DNA of 64,000 nucleotides from an uncultured Gammaproteobacteria bacterium (GTDB lineage Bacteria > Patescibacteriota > Microgenomatia > 2-02-FULL-39-11). The notes under the pieces were generated by a model. It saw nothing but the letters and a program-made list of their open reading frames with translations, searched no databases and was not told the origin of the DNA. Made by a program: the position numbers and the translations under genes. Every line of letters begins with the position of its first letter. Position 1 is the stretch's first letter. Shown piece after piece: positions 49,645 through 59,522 of the stretch. The stretch is from positions 131,468 to 195,467 of the forward strand of contig CAZJBV010000002.1 of NCBI GenBank assembly GCA_964544585.1, read 5' to 3'.

Positions 49645-51009
49645 ATGAATCAAATCCTCATTCTTCTCGGCAAAATCATTTCTGCCCTCAGTAAAATTAC
49701 CAACCTTGGTAGTGGTAGCACCTGGCCGGGTGAAATAGCGTTAATAACAAATCCAAATATTTTGGCTCATTTTTTTAACAAAGTAAAAAAAGGAATCATT
49801 ATAATCGCCGGCACAAATGGTAAAACCACTACCGCAAAAATGGTTCAAGAAATGATAAGCTCACAGTATCCCATAGACACTATAGTTCACAACGATTCAG
49901 GTGCCAACCTCTTAAACGGCATAACTTCAGCCTTTATAAAAAAGGCCAAAATTATTACGAACAGTTATTTTGACTGGGCAGTCTTGGAAGTCGACGAAAA
50001 TACTCTTCCCATTTTACTTAAATATCACCTCAGCCATAAAGACACCTCGGATGGTGTGCGCATAAAGACACCTCCGAGGTGGCCCGCCCGCCTGCCGGCA
50101 GGCAGGGAAGGGACTCCTCGGATGGTGGAGAAACCAGCAAAGCCCAAAATTGTCATTGCCCTTTTAAATCTTTTTCGCGACCAGCTCGATAGATATGGAG
50201 AGGTAGATACCATTGTCTCAAAATGGTTGTCTGCCCTCAAAAATTATTTGGGAAAAGTCAATCTCATTACCAATGCCGATGATCCCACCATTGCCTACAT
50301 GGGTCTTTCTTGTCAAAAGAATGTCACTTTTTTTGGTATAGACAAGGCAAAAGGCATAAAAGAAATAGAGCATGCTACAGACTCCATCTTTTGCCCGCTA
50401 TGTGGACATAAATTAAGTTATGAGGCCGTCTATTATTCTCATATAGGTAGATGGGCTTGTCCATCATGCAACCTTAATCGTCCTAAAATCCAAACCGCAA
50501 GTATAAAAACCAAATTACCAGGTCTATACAATTTTTATAATACACAATGCGCCGTATTAATTGCTCAAACAATCGGAATAAAAGAATCTAATATAAAGTC
50601 AGCTCTCCAAAATTTTACCCCCGCCTTTGGCCGCCAAGAGGAATTCAGCATCAATGGTAAAAAAATTAAAATCTTCCTCTCCAAAAACCCAGTCGGCTTC
50701 AATGAATCTCTAAAAACTGTCATCGATCTCGGCGCCAGGCAAGTGCTTCTCGTTTTAAACGATAGGATACCCGACGGCCGCGACGTCTCCTGGATTTGGG
50801 ACGTAGACTTTGAAATAATTCCTGAAAACACCCAAATCATAGCTTCAGGAGAAAGATGCTATGACCTTGCCCTCCGCCTCAAATACGCAGGCAAAAAATT
50901 TGAAATAGAAAAAGACTTGAGAAAATCCATCCAGTCAGATTATATTTTGCCTACCTATTCGGCCATGCTCGAAGTTCGAAAAATTTTGACGGGCAAAAAA
51001 ATTCTTTAA
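49645..51009 (+). CDS. murT: Mur-ligase-like lipid II isoglutaminyl synthase subunit MurT, carrying a palindromic-element insertion
   Basis: Mur ligase P-loop IIAGTNGKTTTA, Cys4 ribbon CPLCGH…CPSCN, and a DUF1727-like C-terminus. Element at 50041-50129 encodes [31 protein letters not shown] in frame. Confidence 0.65.
   Translation: MNQILILLGKIISALSKITNLGSGSTWPGEIALITNPNILAHFFNKVKKGIIIIAGTNGKTTTAKMVQEMISSQYPIDTIVHNDSGANLLNGITSAFIKKAKIITNSYFDWAVLEVDENTLPILLKYHLSHKDTSDGVRIKTPPRWPARLPAGREGTPRMVEKPAKPKIVIALLNLFRDQLDRYGEVDTIVSKWLSALKNYLGKVNLITNADDPTIAYMGLSCQKNVTFFGIDKAKGIKEIEHATDSIFCPLCGHKLSYEAVYYSHIGRWACPSCNLNRPKIQTASIKTKLPGLYNFYNTQCAVLIAQTIGIKESNIKSALQNFTPAFGRQEEFSINGKKIKIFLSKNPVGFNESLKTVIDLGARQVLLVLNDRIPDGRDVSWIWDVDFEIIPENTQIIASGERCYDLALRLKYAGKKFEIEKDLRKSIQSDYILPTYSAMLEVRKILTGKKIL
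50041..50129. repeat. GC-rich palindromic element, long form
   Basis: gacacctcggatggtg-tgcgcataaa-gacacctccgaggtgg-cccgcccg-cctgccggcagg-cagggaaggga-ctcctcggatggtgg. Confidence 0.85.
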
Positions 51010-51026
51010 CTACCAAACTACAAACT

Positions 51027-51854
51027 ATGAACTACAAACTAACTATCGGCTGGCTCTATCCTGATTACATGTCGACCTATGGAGATCGTGGTAATATTAT
51101 TTGTCTGACCAAACGATGCCAATGGAGAAAAATTAATGTCGAAATTAAGAAAATAGAATTTGAAACACTCCCACAAGAAATCGATTCTTGCGATTTGATT
51201 ATCGGCGGCGGAGCCCAAGATAGGCAACAGGAATTGGTGGCAAAAGATCTTTTAAAGAAAAAAAATATTTTTAGAATATTATTTAATAGGGGAGTGCCAG
51301 GTCTTTTTGTCTGCGGCTCTCCCCAACTTCTTGGTCACTATTACATGACAGGGGATGGGAAAAAATTGGCAGGCCTAGGAATTTTCGACTATGTTACCAA
51401 GCATTTCGGACATGACAAACCCCGCTGCATCGGCAACACAGTCGCAAAAGTCATCGGCATAAACACCTCGGATGGAAAGACACCTCCGAGGTGGCCCGCC
51501 CGCCTGCCGGCGAGGCAGGAAGGGACTCCTCGGATGGTGGAAGGATCACAAACCATCGTCGGTTTTGAAAATCATGGTGGTAGAACATATTTAGGCTCCA
51601 GCGCAAATCCCTTTGCCAAAGTTTTAGCTGGCTATGGCAATAATGGGGAAGATGGATACGAAGGCGCAATCTACAAAAATGTCATCGCCTGCTACTACCA
51701 CGGCCCCTTTCTTCCCAAAAATCCCCATATTGCAGATTGGCTTCTTACCCGCGCACTTGAAGTCAAATACAAAAAAGTTATACAATTGGGACCTCTCGAT
51801 GATGGACTTGAATGGCAAGCGCATGATTTTATATTAAATAGGGTCAGACCTTAA
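51027..51854 (+). CDS. gatD: CobB/CobQ-type glutamine amidotransferase GatD (lipid II isoglutaminyl synthase glutaminase subunit), carrying a palindromic-element insertion
   Basis: LYPDYMSTYGDRGNI N-terminus characteristic of GatD. Catalytic Cys in FVCGSPQLLGHY. Sits directly downstream of murT. Element at 51463-51542 encodes [27 protein letters not shown]. Confidence 0.65.
   Translation: MNYKLTIGWLYPDYMSTYGDRGNIICLTKRCQWRKINVEIKKIEFETLPQEIDSCDLIIGGGAQDRQQELVAKDLLKKKNIFRILFNRGVPGLFVCGSPQLLGHYYMTGDGKKLAGLGIFDYVTKHFGHDKPRCIGNTVAKVIGINTSDGKTPPRWPARLPARQEGTPRMVEGSQTIVGFENHGGRTYLGSSANPFAKVLAGYGNNGEDGYEGAIYKNVIACYYHGPFLPKNPHIADWLLTRALEVKYKKVIQLGPLDDGLEWQAHDFILNRVRP
51463..51542. repeat. GC-rich palindromic element, long form (core variant cctgccggcgaggcagg)
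   Basis: aacacctcggatgg-aaa-gacacctccgaggtgg-cccgcccg-cctgccggcgaggcagg-aagggactcctcggatggtgg. Confidence 0.85.
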
Positions 51855-51876
51855 ACGCATTCAAGGTTGACCCTGA

Positions 51877-52617
51877 ATGCAGTCCAAAGTGAAAAATTAT
51901 TCTAACGAACTAAAAGATCTCAAAAAAGAGCTTTCTTTTCTTTACAAAGTGGCTCAATCTGTCCATAGTCTGGAGCTCGAGGAATTATTAAAAGAAATTG
52001 TTAAAATAGCTAAGGATGTGAGTAGGGCAGATTCAGTCCTGGTGTATATACTGGATAAAGTAAAGCAATCGCTAATTCTTCGTTCTTCTCTCAATCCCCA
52101 TCGCGACCTTTTAAAAGCAATCAAAATGAAAATGGGGGAGGGGATAACCGGCTGGGTAGCCAAAGAAAAAAAACCCGTCGCCATTCTCGAAGGAGCAAGT
52201 CTCGATCCGCGCTTTAAATATTTCCGAAGCCTTCCCGAAGATAAATTTGAAGCCTTTCTTTCCGTTCCTATTATTAACAAAGTTGGCGTAGTCGGAGTTA
52301 TAAACGTCCAACACAAAAAAAGACACCCGCATTCCCAAATGGAAATAAATCTTCTGTCTGCAATTGGAAAGCTAGTGGGGGGCGCAGTCGAAAATGCCCT
52401 TTTAGTCGAAGAATCCATGGCCCTACGAGAAGCACTCGAGATGAGAAAACTCATAGAAAAAGCCAAAGGTATTTTAATGAAAAGAAAAAATATTAGTGAG
52501 CAGGAAGCATATAGAGAAATACAAAAAGAGAGCATGGATAGCAGAAAATCTCTCAAAGAGGTTGCTGAAGCAGTGATTCTAGCCGATAAATTAAATTTAG
52601 GGGTTGACAGAAGATAA
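51877..52617 (+). CDS. GAF-ANTAR RNA-binding antitermination regulator
   Basis: GAF domain (GITGWVAKEKKPV…) followed by the ANTAR helix region AKGILMKRKNISEQEAYREIQKESMDSRKSL. Confidence 0.65.
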   Translation: MQSKVKNYSNELKDLKKELSFLYKVAQSVHSLELEELLKEIVKIAKDVSRADSVLVYILDKVKQSLILRSSLNPHRDLLKAIKMKMGEGITGWVAKEKKPVAILEGASLDPRFKYFRSLPEDKFEAFLSVPIINKVGVVGVINVQHKKRHPHSQMEINLLSAIGKLVGGAVENALLVEESMALREALEMRKLIEKAKGILMKRKNISEQEAYREIQKESMDSRKSLKEVAEAVILADKLNLGVDRR

Positions 52618-52741
52618 AATTTGCATTAGGATGTACTATATTCTTGCAAAGAAGCGAGAGTTGACAAGGAAGTCTTCCAGATTTCGCAACGAGCGAATGA
52701 GGAAGATTTTTTATTGGAATTATTAAATAAAGGAGAGCTTT

Positions 52742-54175
52742 ATGACTTTTCGAGAAATAAAAACAACCATCAAATCCAAAGGCATTAAAATTATTGATCT
52801 CAAGTTTGTCGATATTAGAGGAGTTTGGCAGCATGCTTCTATTCCGGTCAGTGAATTTGACGAATCATCAATCACTCGCGGGATTGGCTTTGACGGTTCT
52901 TCAATCAAAGGATTCCAACAGATCCACGAGTCTGATATGATACTGTTGCCAGATATCACTACCGCCCATCTCGATCCCTTTACCGAAATACCTACTCTTA
53001 CAGTTATCTGTGACGTCTTTGATCCTCTAAAAAAGGAATATTTCTCCCGTGATCCGCGAAACTTAGCCAAAAAAGCGGAAAACTATCTCAAAAAATCGGG
53101 AATCGCCGATAAAAGTTATTGGGGGCCGGAAGCAGAATTTTTCCTATTTAGTAGTCTGTCTTATAATATAGAACCTTATCACAATAGTTATCAATTAGAC
53201 AGTCGTGAGGCTCACTGGAATGCAGGTAAAAATGGCGAGCCCAATACTCATATTACAATTAGACCCAAAGAAGGCTATTATCCCGTCCCACCCCAAGATA
53301 CACTCCAGGATATAAGAAGCGAGATGGTACTAACCCTTGAATCTTGGGATATACCAGTCGAAATGCAGCACCATGAAGTCGCCGCGCCAGGACAGGCCGA
53401 GATTGATATGCGCTTTGATACCCTCACCAAAATGGCCGATAATGTCATGTCTTATAAATATATTGTCAAAAATACGGCTAAAAAACATGAAATGGTGGCC
53501 ATCTTTATGCCCAAACCAGTTTTTGGCGACAATGGCAGTGGCATGCACGTCCATCAAAGCTTGTGGAAAGGTTCTAACAATCTATTTTATGACGAGAAAG
53601 GCTACGCCGAGCTTTCCAAAACCGCTCTTTACTATATTGGCGGCCTCCTGACTCACATTGATGCGCTTCTTGCCTTCTGTGCTCCGACGACAAATTCATA
53701 CAGACGGCTCGTGCCGCATTATGAAGCTCCCGTCAATGTGGCATTTTCCAAAAGGAATAGAAGTGCCGCAGTCAGAATCCCAATGTACTTCTCTGGCCCT
53801 AAAAATGCCAAGAGTAAAAGAATTGAATTTAGGCCGCCAGATGTGGCCGCCAATCCTTATCTTGCCTTTGCCGCCATGCTCATGGCTGGAATTGACGGTA
53901 TTAAAAATAAAATTGATCCAATAAAAGCAGGCTTCGGACCTTTAGACAAAAACATTTATGAACTCGCGCCCGAAGAGGCCAAAAAAGTAAGAAGTGTACC
54001 TGGATCACTTTTTGAAGTAATTAGAGCGCTCGAAAAAGATCATAAATTCTTACTCGAGGCAGGTGTATTTACCGAGGATATATTAGATACGTGGATCAAT
54101 CTCAAAAGGGGCGAAGCTCAAGAGGTTTCCATCCGTCCTACACCCTACGAATTCTATCTTTACGCAGACATGTAA
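52742..54175 (+). CDS. glnA: Glutamine synthetase type I
   Basis: Beta-grasp N-terminus (IKIIDLKFVDIRGVWQH) and catalytic-domain motifs (MPKPVFGDNGSGMHVHQS, SYRRLVPHYEAP). No adenylylation-loop tyrosine was examined. Confidence 0.85.
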   Translation: MTFREIKTTIKSKGIKIIDLKFVDIRGVWQHASIPVSEFDESSITRGIGFDGSSIKGFQQIHESDMILLPDITTAHLDPFTEIPTLTVICDVFDPLKKEYFSRDPRNLAKKAENYLKKSGIADKSYWGPEAEFFLFSSLSYNIEPYHNSYQLDSREAHWNAGKNGEPNTHITIRPKEGYYPVPPQDTLQDIRSEMVLTLESWDIPVEMQHHEVAAPGQAEIDMRFDTLTKMADNVMSYKYIVKNTAKKHEMVAIFMPKPVFGDNGSGMHVHQSLWKGSNNLFYDEKGYAELSKTALYYIGGLLTHIDALLAFCAPTTNSYRRLVPHYEAPVNVAFSKRNRSAAVRIPMYFSGPKNAKSKRIEFRPPDVAANPYLAFAAMLMAGIDGIKNKIDPIKAGFGPLDKNIYELAPEEAKKVRSVPGSLFEVIRALEKDHKFLLEAGVFTEDILDTWINLKRGEAQEVSIRPTPYEFYLYADM

Positions 54176-55590
54176 AGGTTTCTTTTCACCCTCTGCACAT
54201 CATCAGCGAATGGTTCTCGCATGATTTCATCCTTATAATTATTTAACATGAAATCAATTAACTCAGAACATGCTATTCTGTTTTCAGTTGGTAAGGCGTC
54301 ATCAGAATAAAATCCCGCCCAAAGTTTTACAATTGCCGGTTTGATATGCATGGGAAGTAAAACTACATAATCTTTCAAAATAGTTGCGGAAGGATATATT
54401 CCTTCTACTGGATTCCATGTCCTCGGCTCACCATTTTCAGTTACAGCAAAAGCAGCCAAAGATCTACCCTCCGCCACTCTTTCACCACAAATAACCCGAA
54501 TCGCCTCGGCAATATCTTTTCTCGTCGTTGCTGAATGATTAAGTATAAATAATACTGCCTCTGCATTTTGAAATTCTTCATATGTAGGAACGTCTGATAG
54601 CAAATTGACAGGCTTTATAACAATGCGTCCTGAGGAATCTCTGGGATGGTCTACAGGATCTAATGTCAGATGATGCAATAACCACCCTCGTTTTGAATCA
54701 CTACTAGTATCTCCCAAATATTTAAATAACCACTTTTTTCCATGCTGTTGCTGTATAAGCCATAAATTACGCTTTGGATGCTTAAATCTATATTCATCCA
54801 TCGCCTCAATCAATGATTCAAATGATTTTTGGAAAAAAAGATATGAGAGTAAATCAGTCCGGTCCCTATAAAGCTTTCTTCTAGCAAGTTCTAGATTAAC
54901 CGCCTCTTTATCTTTAAAATCAAAAAATTTCATTGGTTCGCCATGCCAAGTTTCTTTCATAGCTCGGTGAGCTGAAATAATATTTTCGTTAGAAACTAGA
55001 AAAACGCCACCTCTTCCATTTTTTCTGTCTCTATTTGAGGGGTCGGAATCTTCAAGTGCCACTCTTACATGCATTAAAGTTTCAGAATCAGTATGAGTAA
55101 CCGGCTTATTTGCCCATACAAGGTAAAAGCTTATACCTCTTTCTTCCAATTCTTCTCCAATACCAGAATGCAGTTTTTCACCGATTACTTCTGCCATATC
55201 AGATCCAATAATCATCAAATAAGTATCGCTTTCAGGAGTTCCATTTATAGCTTTCACCGTAAGTTTCTCTAACTCATTCAAAGTTTCTAGTGTATGATCT
55301 TCGCTCAGTCCATGAAAAACTATTCTTTCTTCTGGATCAATACGATCTGCAAATTGTAGTAGAGCTTTCGATAAAAAATCACTCGGATGAGGATTATTTA
55401 TTCCTCCCACTCTTACACCAGCAATCTCATCACTAAAAGGCGTTCCACCTCCAAGAAGAATAGTTGTTCTTCCATGATAAGAAGTACGCTCTTTTATTGA
55501 TGGTCGTATTCTTACTTCAGGCCAAAAGATTATCCCAATCTTGTCTCGCAAACTTACTAATTCTTTCTTCATAAGCCTATAATTATACAC
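54160..55590 (-). CDS. Conserved hypothetical protein (476 aa), function unknown
   Basis: Long ORF with motifs GGGTPFSDEIAGVRVGG and HGLSEDH and no family I can assign. Lies between glnA and gatCAB. Confidence 0.4.
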   Translation of the reverse strand: MYNYRLMKKELVSLRDKIGIIFWPEVRIRPSIKERTSYHGRTTILLGGGTPFSDEIAGVRVGGINNPHPSDFLSKALLQFADRIDPEERIVFHGLSEDHTLETLNELEKLTVKAINGTPESDTYLMIIGSDMAEVIGEKLHSGIGEELEERGISFYLVWANKPVTHTDSETLMHVRVALEDSDPSNRDRKNGRGGVFLVSNENIISAHRAMKETWHGEPMKFFDFKDKEAVNLELARRKLYRDRTDLLSYLFFQKSFESLIEAMDEYRFKHPKRNLWLIQQQHGKKWLFKYLGDTSSDSKRGWLLHHLTLDPVDHPRDSSGRIVIKPVNLLSDVPTYEEFQNAEAVLFILNHSATTRKDIAEAIRVICGERVAEGRSLAAFAVTENGEPRTWNPVEGIYPSATILKDYVVLLPMHIKPAIVKLWAGFYSDDALPTENRIACSELIDFMLNNYKDEIMREPFADDVQRVKRNLYMSA

Positions 55591-55640
55591 ATTCTTTCTT
55601 CCCCTTTAAAATAGATACTATCCGCCATATAATACGTCCA

Positions 55641-55946
55641 ATGAAAAAAACCCAAAACAAATTAACCCTAGATACCGTCAAACACGTTGCCGATCTAGCT
55701 AAACTACAATTAAATAAAGAAGATATAAATAAATTTCAGGAACAATTATCCGATATTTTAGATTTTGTTGCTAAATTAGGCGAAGTTGATACCAAAAACA
55801 TTCCTCCCACGAGCCAAGTCACCGGTGTTGAAAATGTATTTAGAGAAGATAAAGTAAGAAAATCACTTTCCCAAGACGAAGCACTAGCAAACGCCAAAAG
55901 AAAACACAATGGTTATTTTGTCGTCAGAGCCATTTTCGAAGAATAA
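55641..55946 (+). CDS. gatC: Asp/Glu-tRNA(Asn/Gln) amidotransferase subunit C
   Basis: Length 101 aa. LTLDTVKHVADLAKLQL…FVAKLGEVDT pattern. Position upstream of gatA. Confidence 0.75.
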   Translation: MKKTQNKLTLDTVKHVADLAKLQLNKEDINKFQEQLSDILDFVAKLGEVDTKNIPPTSQVTGVENVFREDKVRKSLSQDEALANAKRKHNGYFVVRAIFEE

Positions 55947-55950
55947 GAAT

Positions 55951-57357
55951 ATGTTAGTTGATTTATCCATAGAAGAACTCTCAAAAGGGTTGAAAGAAAA
56001 GAAATTTTCCTCGGTAGACATTCTCAAAGAATGTATTGCCAATATAGGCCGTTTGAATCCATCACTAAATGCATTTATTACTCTACGTGATGAAAAAGAC
56101 CTTTTAGCCGAAGCTCGTCAAAAAAATAAGGAACGTACAACGGAAAGTTCTATCCTCCACGGTCTGCCATACGTCATCAAAGATGCATATAACACCTCGG
56201 GTCTTAGAACAACCGCTGCCTCAAATGTCTTAAAAGATTATATTCCTCCCTATAGCGCTACTGTCTACCAAAAACTTCAGGATGCCGGAGCAATTCTTTT
56301 AGGCAAAACCAATATGGACGCCTGGGGACACGGCGCATCATCTGAAAATACTGACTTTGGGCCAGTTAAAAATCCGTGGGATTTATCGCGAGTCGCAGGT
56401 GGCTCAAGTGGAGGAAATGCGGCGGCAATCGCAACTGGCATGGCAGTCTTTGGCATCGGTGAAGATACTGGAGGTTCAATTCGAAATCCATCTGGCTGGT
56501 GTAATATAACGGGTTTGAAAGTAACCTATGGTAGAGTTTCGAGATACGGCTGTATCGCCTACGTCTCATCGTTTGACACCATGGGTCCTATGGCAAAAAC
56601 ATCAGAAGATTGTGCTCATATTTTAAAAGCCATTGCCGGATTCGATCCCTACGATGCCACCAGTTCCAATAAAGGCGTGCCAGACTATGGAAAAATTATC
56701 AGACAAAATTTGAAAAAAATAACCATCGGCATGCCCAAAGAATTTTTTGGCAGGGGAGTGGATCATGAAATTATAGATCTTATTAAAAGTGCAACCATAG
56801 AATTTCATAAAATGGGACACGAAATAAAAGAAATTTCTATGCCCATGCTTGCTTTTGGCGTACCCGTCTATTATCTCATAGGAACAAGCGAGACAAGTAC
56901 GAATTTAGCAAGATACGACGGAATAAGATATGGAAACGGTAGAGACCAATTTACCAAAGAAACCATGCGCCGCATCATGCTCGGAACTTACGCCCTTTCG
57001 GCTGGATATTACGATGCTTATTATAAAAAAGCCCAACAAGGCAGAACTCTTTTTATCAAAGAATATCAACAGGCTCTATCAGAATGCGATGTTATTCTCA
57101 TGCCAGTCGAGCCAATGGCCGCGACAAAAATAGGAGAATTAATCAACAATCCCATTCAAAATATGCTAGCAGATATTTTCACCTGTCAAACGCCTGTTGG
57201 AGTTCCCTCGATTGCTCTCCCTTGCGGTTTTACCAAAGAAAAATTACCAGTCGGCATGCAACTTATAGGCAATATGTTTACAGAAGACTTGCTACTCCAG
57301 CTAGGCTACTCATATCAGGAGCGTACCGATTGGCATAAGATAAAACCAAATCTATGA
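55951..57357 (+). CDS. gatA: Asp/Glu-tRNA(Asn/Gln) amidotransferase subunit A
   Basis: Amidase signature [15 protein letters not shown] with the Ser-cisSer-Lys triad region. The start is moved to the ATG at 55951 just after the gatC stop. Confidence 0.85.
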   Translation: MLVDLSIEELSKGLKEKKFSSVDILKECIANIGRLNPSLNAFITLRDEKDLLAEARQKNKERTTESSILHGLPYVIKDAYNTSGLRTTAASNVLKDYIPPYSATVYQKLQDAGAILLGKTNMDAWGHGASSENTDFGPVKNPWDLSRVAGGSSGGNAAAIATGMAVFGIGEDTGGSIRNPSGWCNITGLKVTYGRVSRYGCIAYVSSFDTMGPMAKTSEDCAHILKAIAGFDPYDATSSNKGVPDYGKIIRQNLKKITIGMPKEFFGRGVDHEIIDLIKSATIEFHKMGHEIKEISMPMLAFGVPVYYLIGTSETSTNLARYDGIRYGNGRDQFTKETMRRIMLGTYALSAGYYDAYYKKAQQGRTLFIKEYQQALSECDVILMPVEPMAATKIGELINNPIQNMLADIFTCQTPVGVPSIALPCGFTKEKLPVGMQLIGNMFTEDLLLQLGYSYQERTDWHKIKPNL

Positions 57358-58883
57358 ACAATTACGAACCAATAATTGGTCTTGAAATTCACGTCGAACT
57401 AAAGACCAAATCAAAAATGTTCTGTGGTTGCAGGGCCGATTGGTTTGGTTTGCCCCCAAATTCCAATACTTGCCCTGTTTGTCTAGGTCTACCTGGTGCA
57501 CTTCCGGTTCCCAACAAAAAAGCAGTCGAATGGTGTATCATGCTCGGCCTTGCCCTAAATTGCCAAATCCCCGAAACATCTAAATTTAATCGAAAAAATT
57601 ATTTTTACCCCGATCTTCCCAAAGGTTATCAGATATCACAATACGATCAACCCCTTGCGATAAATGGATGGTTGGAAATAAATAAGCCACAAGACACCTC
57701 GGATGGTGGCGAAGCAACGACTTCGACTCCTCCGAAGGTGCGAAGGGACCGGAAAAGAATAGGCATCACCCGCGTCCACATGGAGGAAGATACAGGCAAA
57801 CTTCTCCATGCCAAAGTCGAGGGTTCAAACGTTTCCTTAGTCGATTTTAATAGAAGCGGCGTCCCTCTCGTCGAAATAGTTACAGAACCTGACATAAGAA
57901 GTAGTGAGGAAGCTCGAACTTTTCTTAAAAAACTCCACCAAATAATTCGCTACTTGGGTATTTCCGACGCCGATATGGAAAAAGGCTCCATGCGCCTCGA
58001 GCCAAATATCTCTCTCCGAAAAAGAACAGGCGACAAAGACACCTCGGACGGTGTCCGCCAGCCGGCGGACTCCTCCGAGGTAAAGACACCTCCGAGGTGG
58101 CCCGCCCGCCTGCCGGCAGGCAGGGAAGGGACTCCTCGGATGGTGGAGGAAGCATTACCAAACTATAAAGTCGAAGTCAAAAATATCAACTCATTTAATT
58201 TTGTTAAAAAAGCAATCGATTTTGAATTAGAGCGCCATACGGATATTTTAGAAAGGGGTGAGTTGCCTATACAAGAAACTCGCGGCTGGGACGAAAAAAA
58301 AGGCATAACATATTCTCAAAGATCAAAAGAAGAAGCCCACGACTACCGCTATTTTCCCGAACCAGATATTCCTCCAATGAGATGGGGAAAAGAGCAAATA
58401 TCAAAAATCAAAGATCAAAAACCCGAACTTCCCGATGCTAAAATAAAAAGATTTATCAAAGATTATAAGTTGTCAGAATACGACGCAACAATTTTGACAG
58501 ACGAAAAATCAACCGCTGACTATTTCGAAAAAGCCTTAAAGACACCTCGGGGGTGGCCGAATGGACTCCCCCGAGGTGGAGAGACCGGAATAAACCCCAA
58601 AACCATCGCCAATTGGATTATAAACAAACGGATTGATACATCAAGGATTTCGCCAGAAGAACTCATCAAATTGATAACAAGTAAAACACAAACTATTCAA
58701 ATAGATGAAAAAGAATTGGAATCAATCATCAAAAGAGTCCTCTCTCAAAACCCCAAAGCCGTCTCCGACTACAAAGCCGGAAAACAACAAGCTATAATGT
58801 TTCTAGTCGGCCAAGTAATGCGAGAAACCAAAGGAAAAACTGATGCGAAAAAGATAAAAACAAAGCTAAAAAATATGATATAA
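57354..58883 (+). CDS. gatB: Asp/Glu-tRNA(Asn/Gln) amidotransferase subunit B, interrupted in frame by three palindromic elements
   Basis: N-terminus [23 protein letters not shown] and the C-terminal YqeY/GatB tail. Insertions at 57693-57740, 58038-58148 and 58541-58579 are all in frame. Confidence 0.85.
   Translation: MNNYEPIIGLEIHVELKTKSKMFCGCRADWFGLPPNSNTCPVCLGLPGALPVPNKKAVEWCIMLGLALNCQIPETSKFNRKNYFYPDLPKGYQISQYDQPLAINGWLEINKPQDTSDGGEATTSTPPKVRRDRKRIGITRVHMEEDTGKLLHAKVEGSNVSLVDFNRSGVPLVEIVTEPDIRSSEEARTFLKKLHQIIRYLGISDADMEKGSMRLEPNISLRKRTGDKDTSDGVRQPADSSEVKTPPRWPARLPAGREGTPRMVEEALPNYKVEVKNINSFNFVKKAIDFELERHTDILERGELPIQETRGWDEKKGITYSQRSKEEAHDYRYFPEPDIPPMRWGKEQISKIKDQKPELPDAKIKRFIKDYKLSEYDATILTDEKSTADYFEKALKTPRGWPNGLPRGGETGINPKTIANWIINKRIDTSRISPEELIKLITSKTQTIQIDEKELESIIKRVLSQNPKAVSDYKAGKQQAIMFLVGQVMRETKGKTDAKKIKTKLKNMI
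57693..57740. repeat. GC-rich palindromic element (short arm-only form with a nested cgaag..cttcg hairpin)
   Basis: gacacctcggatggtgg-cgaagcaacgacttcg-actcctccgaaggtg. Confidence 0.7.
58038..58148. repeat. Composite GC-rich palindromic element: an arm-only unit followed by a full long-form unit
   Basis: gacacctcggacggtg-tccgccagccggcgga-ctcctccgaggt-aaa-gacacctccgaggtgg-cccgcccg-cctgccggcagg-cagggaaggga-ctcctcggatggtgg. Confidence 0.85.
58541..58579. repeat. Short-form GC-rich palindromic element; same loop as the 19067 copy but with a co-varied stem
   Basis: gacacctcggggg-tggccgaatggact-cccccgaggtgg. The stem cgaagg/ccttcg in the 19067 copy is cggggg/cccccg here. Confidence 0.75.
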
Positions 58884-58893
58884 TCAGCTTAGT

Positions 58894-59118
58894 ATGAAAA
58901 AACTTCAGAAATTACCAGCAAATTATGATTTTTTCATTAAAACAGACACATCATCTTATAAAGGTGAATGGATTGCAATTACCGGTAAGAAAATTATATA
59001 TCACGGTAAAGATGCTCAAGAAGTCTACAGAAAAGCAAAGCAAAAATATCCAACTGCCAATGTTTCACTCGCCAAAGTTCCCGACGAGCAAATTCTGATA
59101 TTAAGATTCTCCCAATGA
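58894..59118 (+). CDS. Small hypothetical protein (74 aa), probably co-transcribed with the downstream aspartic protease
   Basis: 4-nt overlap with the next ORF. No assignable motif. Confidence 0.4.
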   Translation: MKKLQKLPANYDFFIKTDTSSYKGEWIAITGKKIIYHGKDAQEVYRKAKQKYPTANVSLAKVPDEQILILRFSQ

Positions 59119-59522
59119 TTATTTTCCGCTATAAAGAAGAACCATCTGGCAAGAAAAACGAACTAATCAAAAGACCAATTGCTGATATATATATTAGAAG
59201 CAAATCCGGGCCCTGGATAGAATTTCATCCCTATATAGATTCAGGTGCGGATGTCACTCTTATCCCTCTGACTCTCGGAAACCTTATTGGACTAAAAGTT
59301 GATGAAAAGAAAATTGAACAAATAGGAGGCATTAGAGGTAGTGTTCCTGCCATTTATTCTCAAGAAAAAATACGAATTGGAGACAATATACTCTCAGCTC
59401 GCATCGCTTGGGCCTTAATTGAAGAAGTTCCACCTCTCCTCGGACGCACTGATATCTTTGATAGTTTCCATGTCACTTTCAAACAAAACCAAGGAATAAT
59501 TATTTTCGATGAACGAAAATAA
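59115..59522 (+). CDS. Retropepsin-like (clan AA) single-domain aspartic protease
   Basis: Catalytic motif YIDSGADVTLIP (D-S-G-A) and the flap-like LLGRTDIFDSFHVTF. Confidence 0.6.
   Translation: MIIFRYKEEPSGKKNELIKRPIADIYIRSKSGPWIEFHPYIDSGADVTLIPLTLGNLIGLKVDEKKIEQIGGIRGSVPAIYSQEKIRIGDNILSARIAWALIEEVPPLLGRTDIFDSFHVTFKQNQGIIIFDERK

Noticed and set aside
59440-59462. ccacctctcctcggacgcac inside the retropepsin-like gene as a possible degraded repeat arm
   Set aside because: Only a partial match to one arm (cctcggacg). No partner arm or core palindrome nearby. Could be chance.
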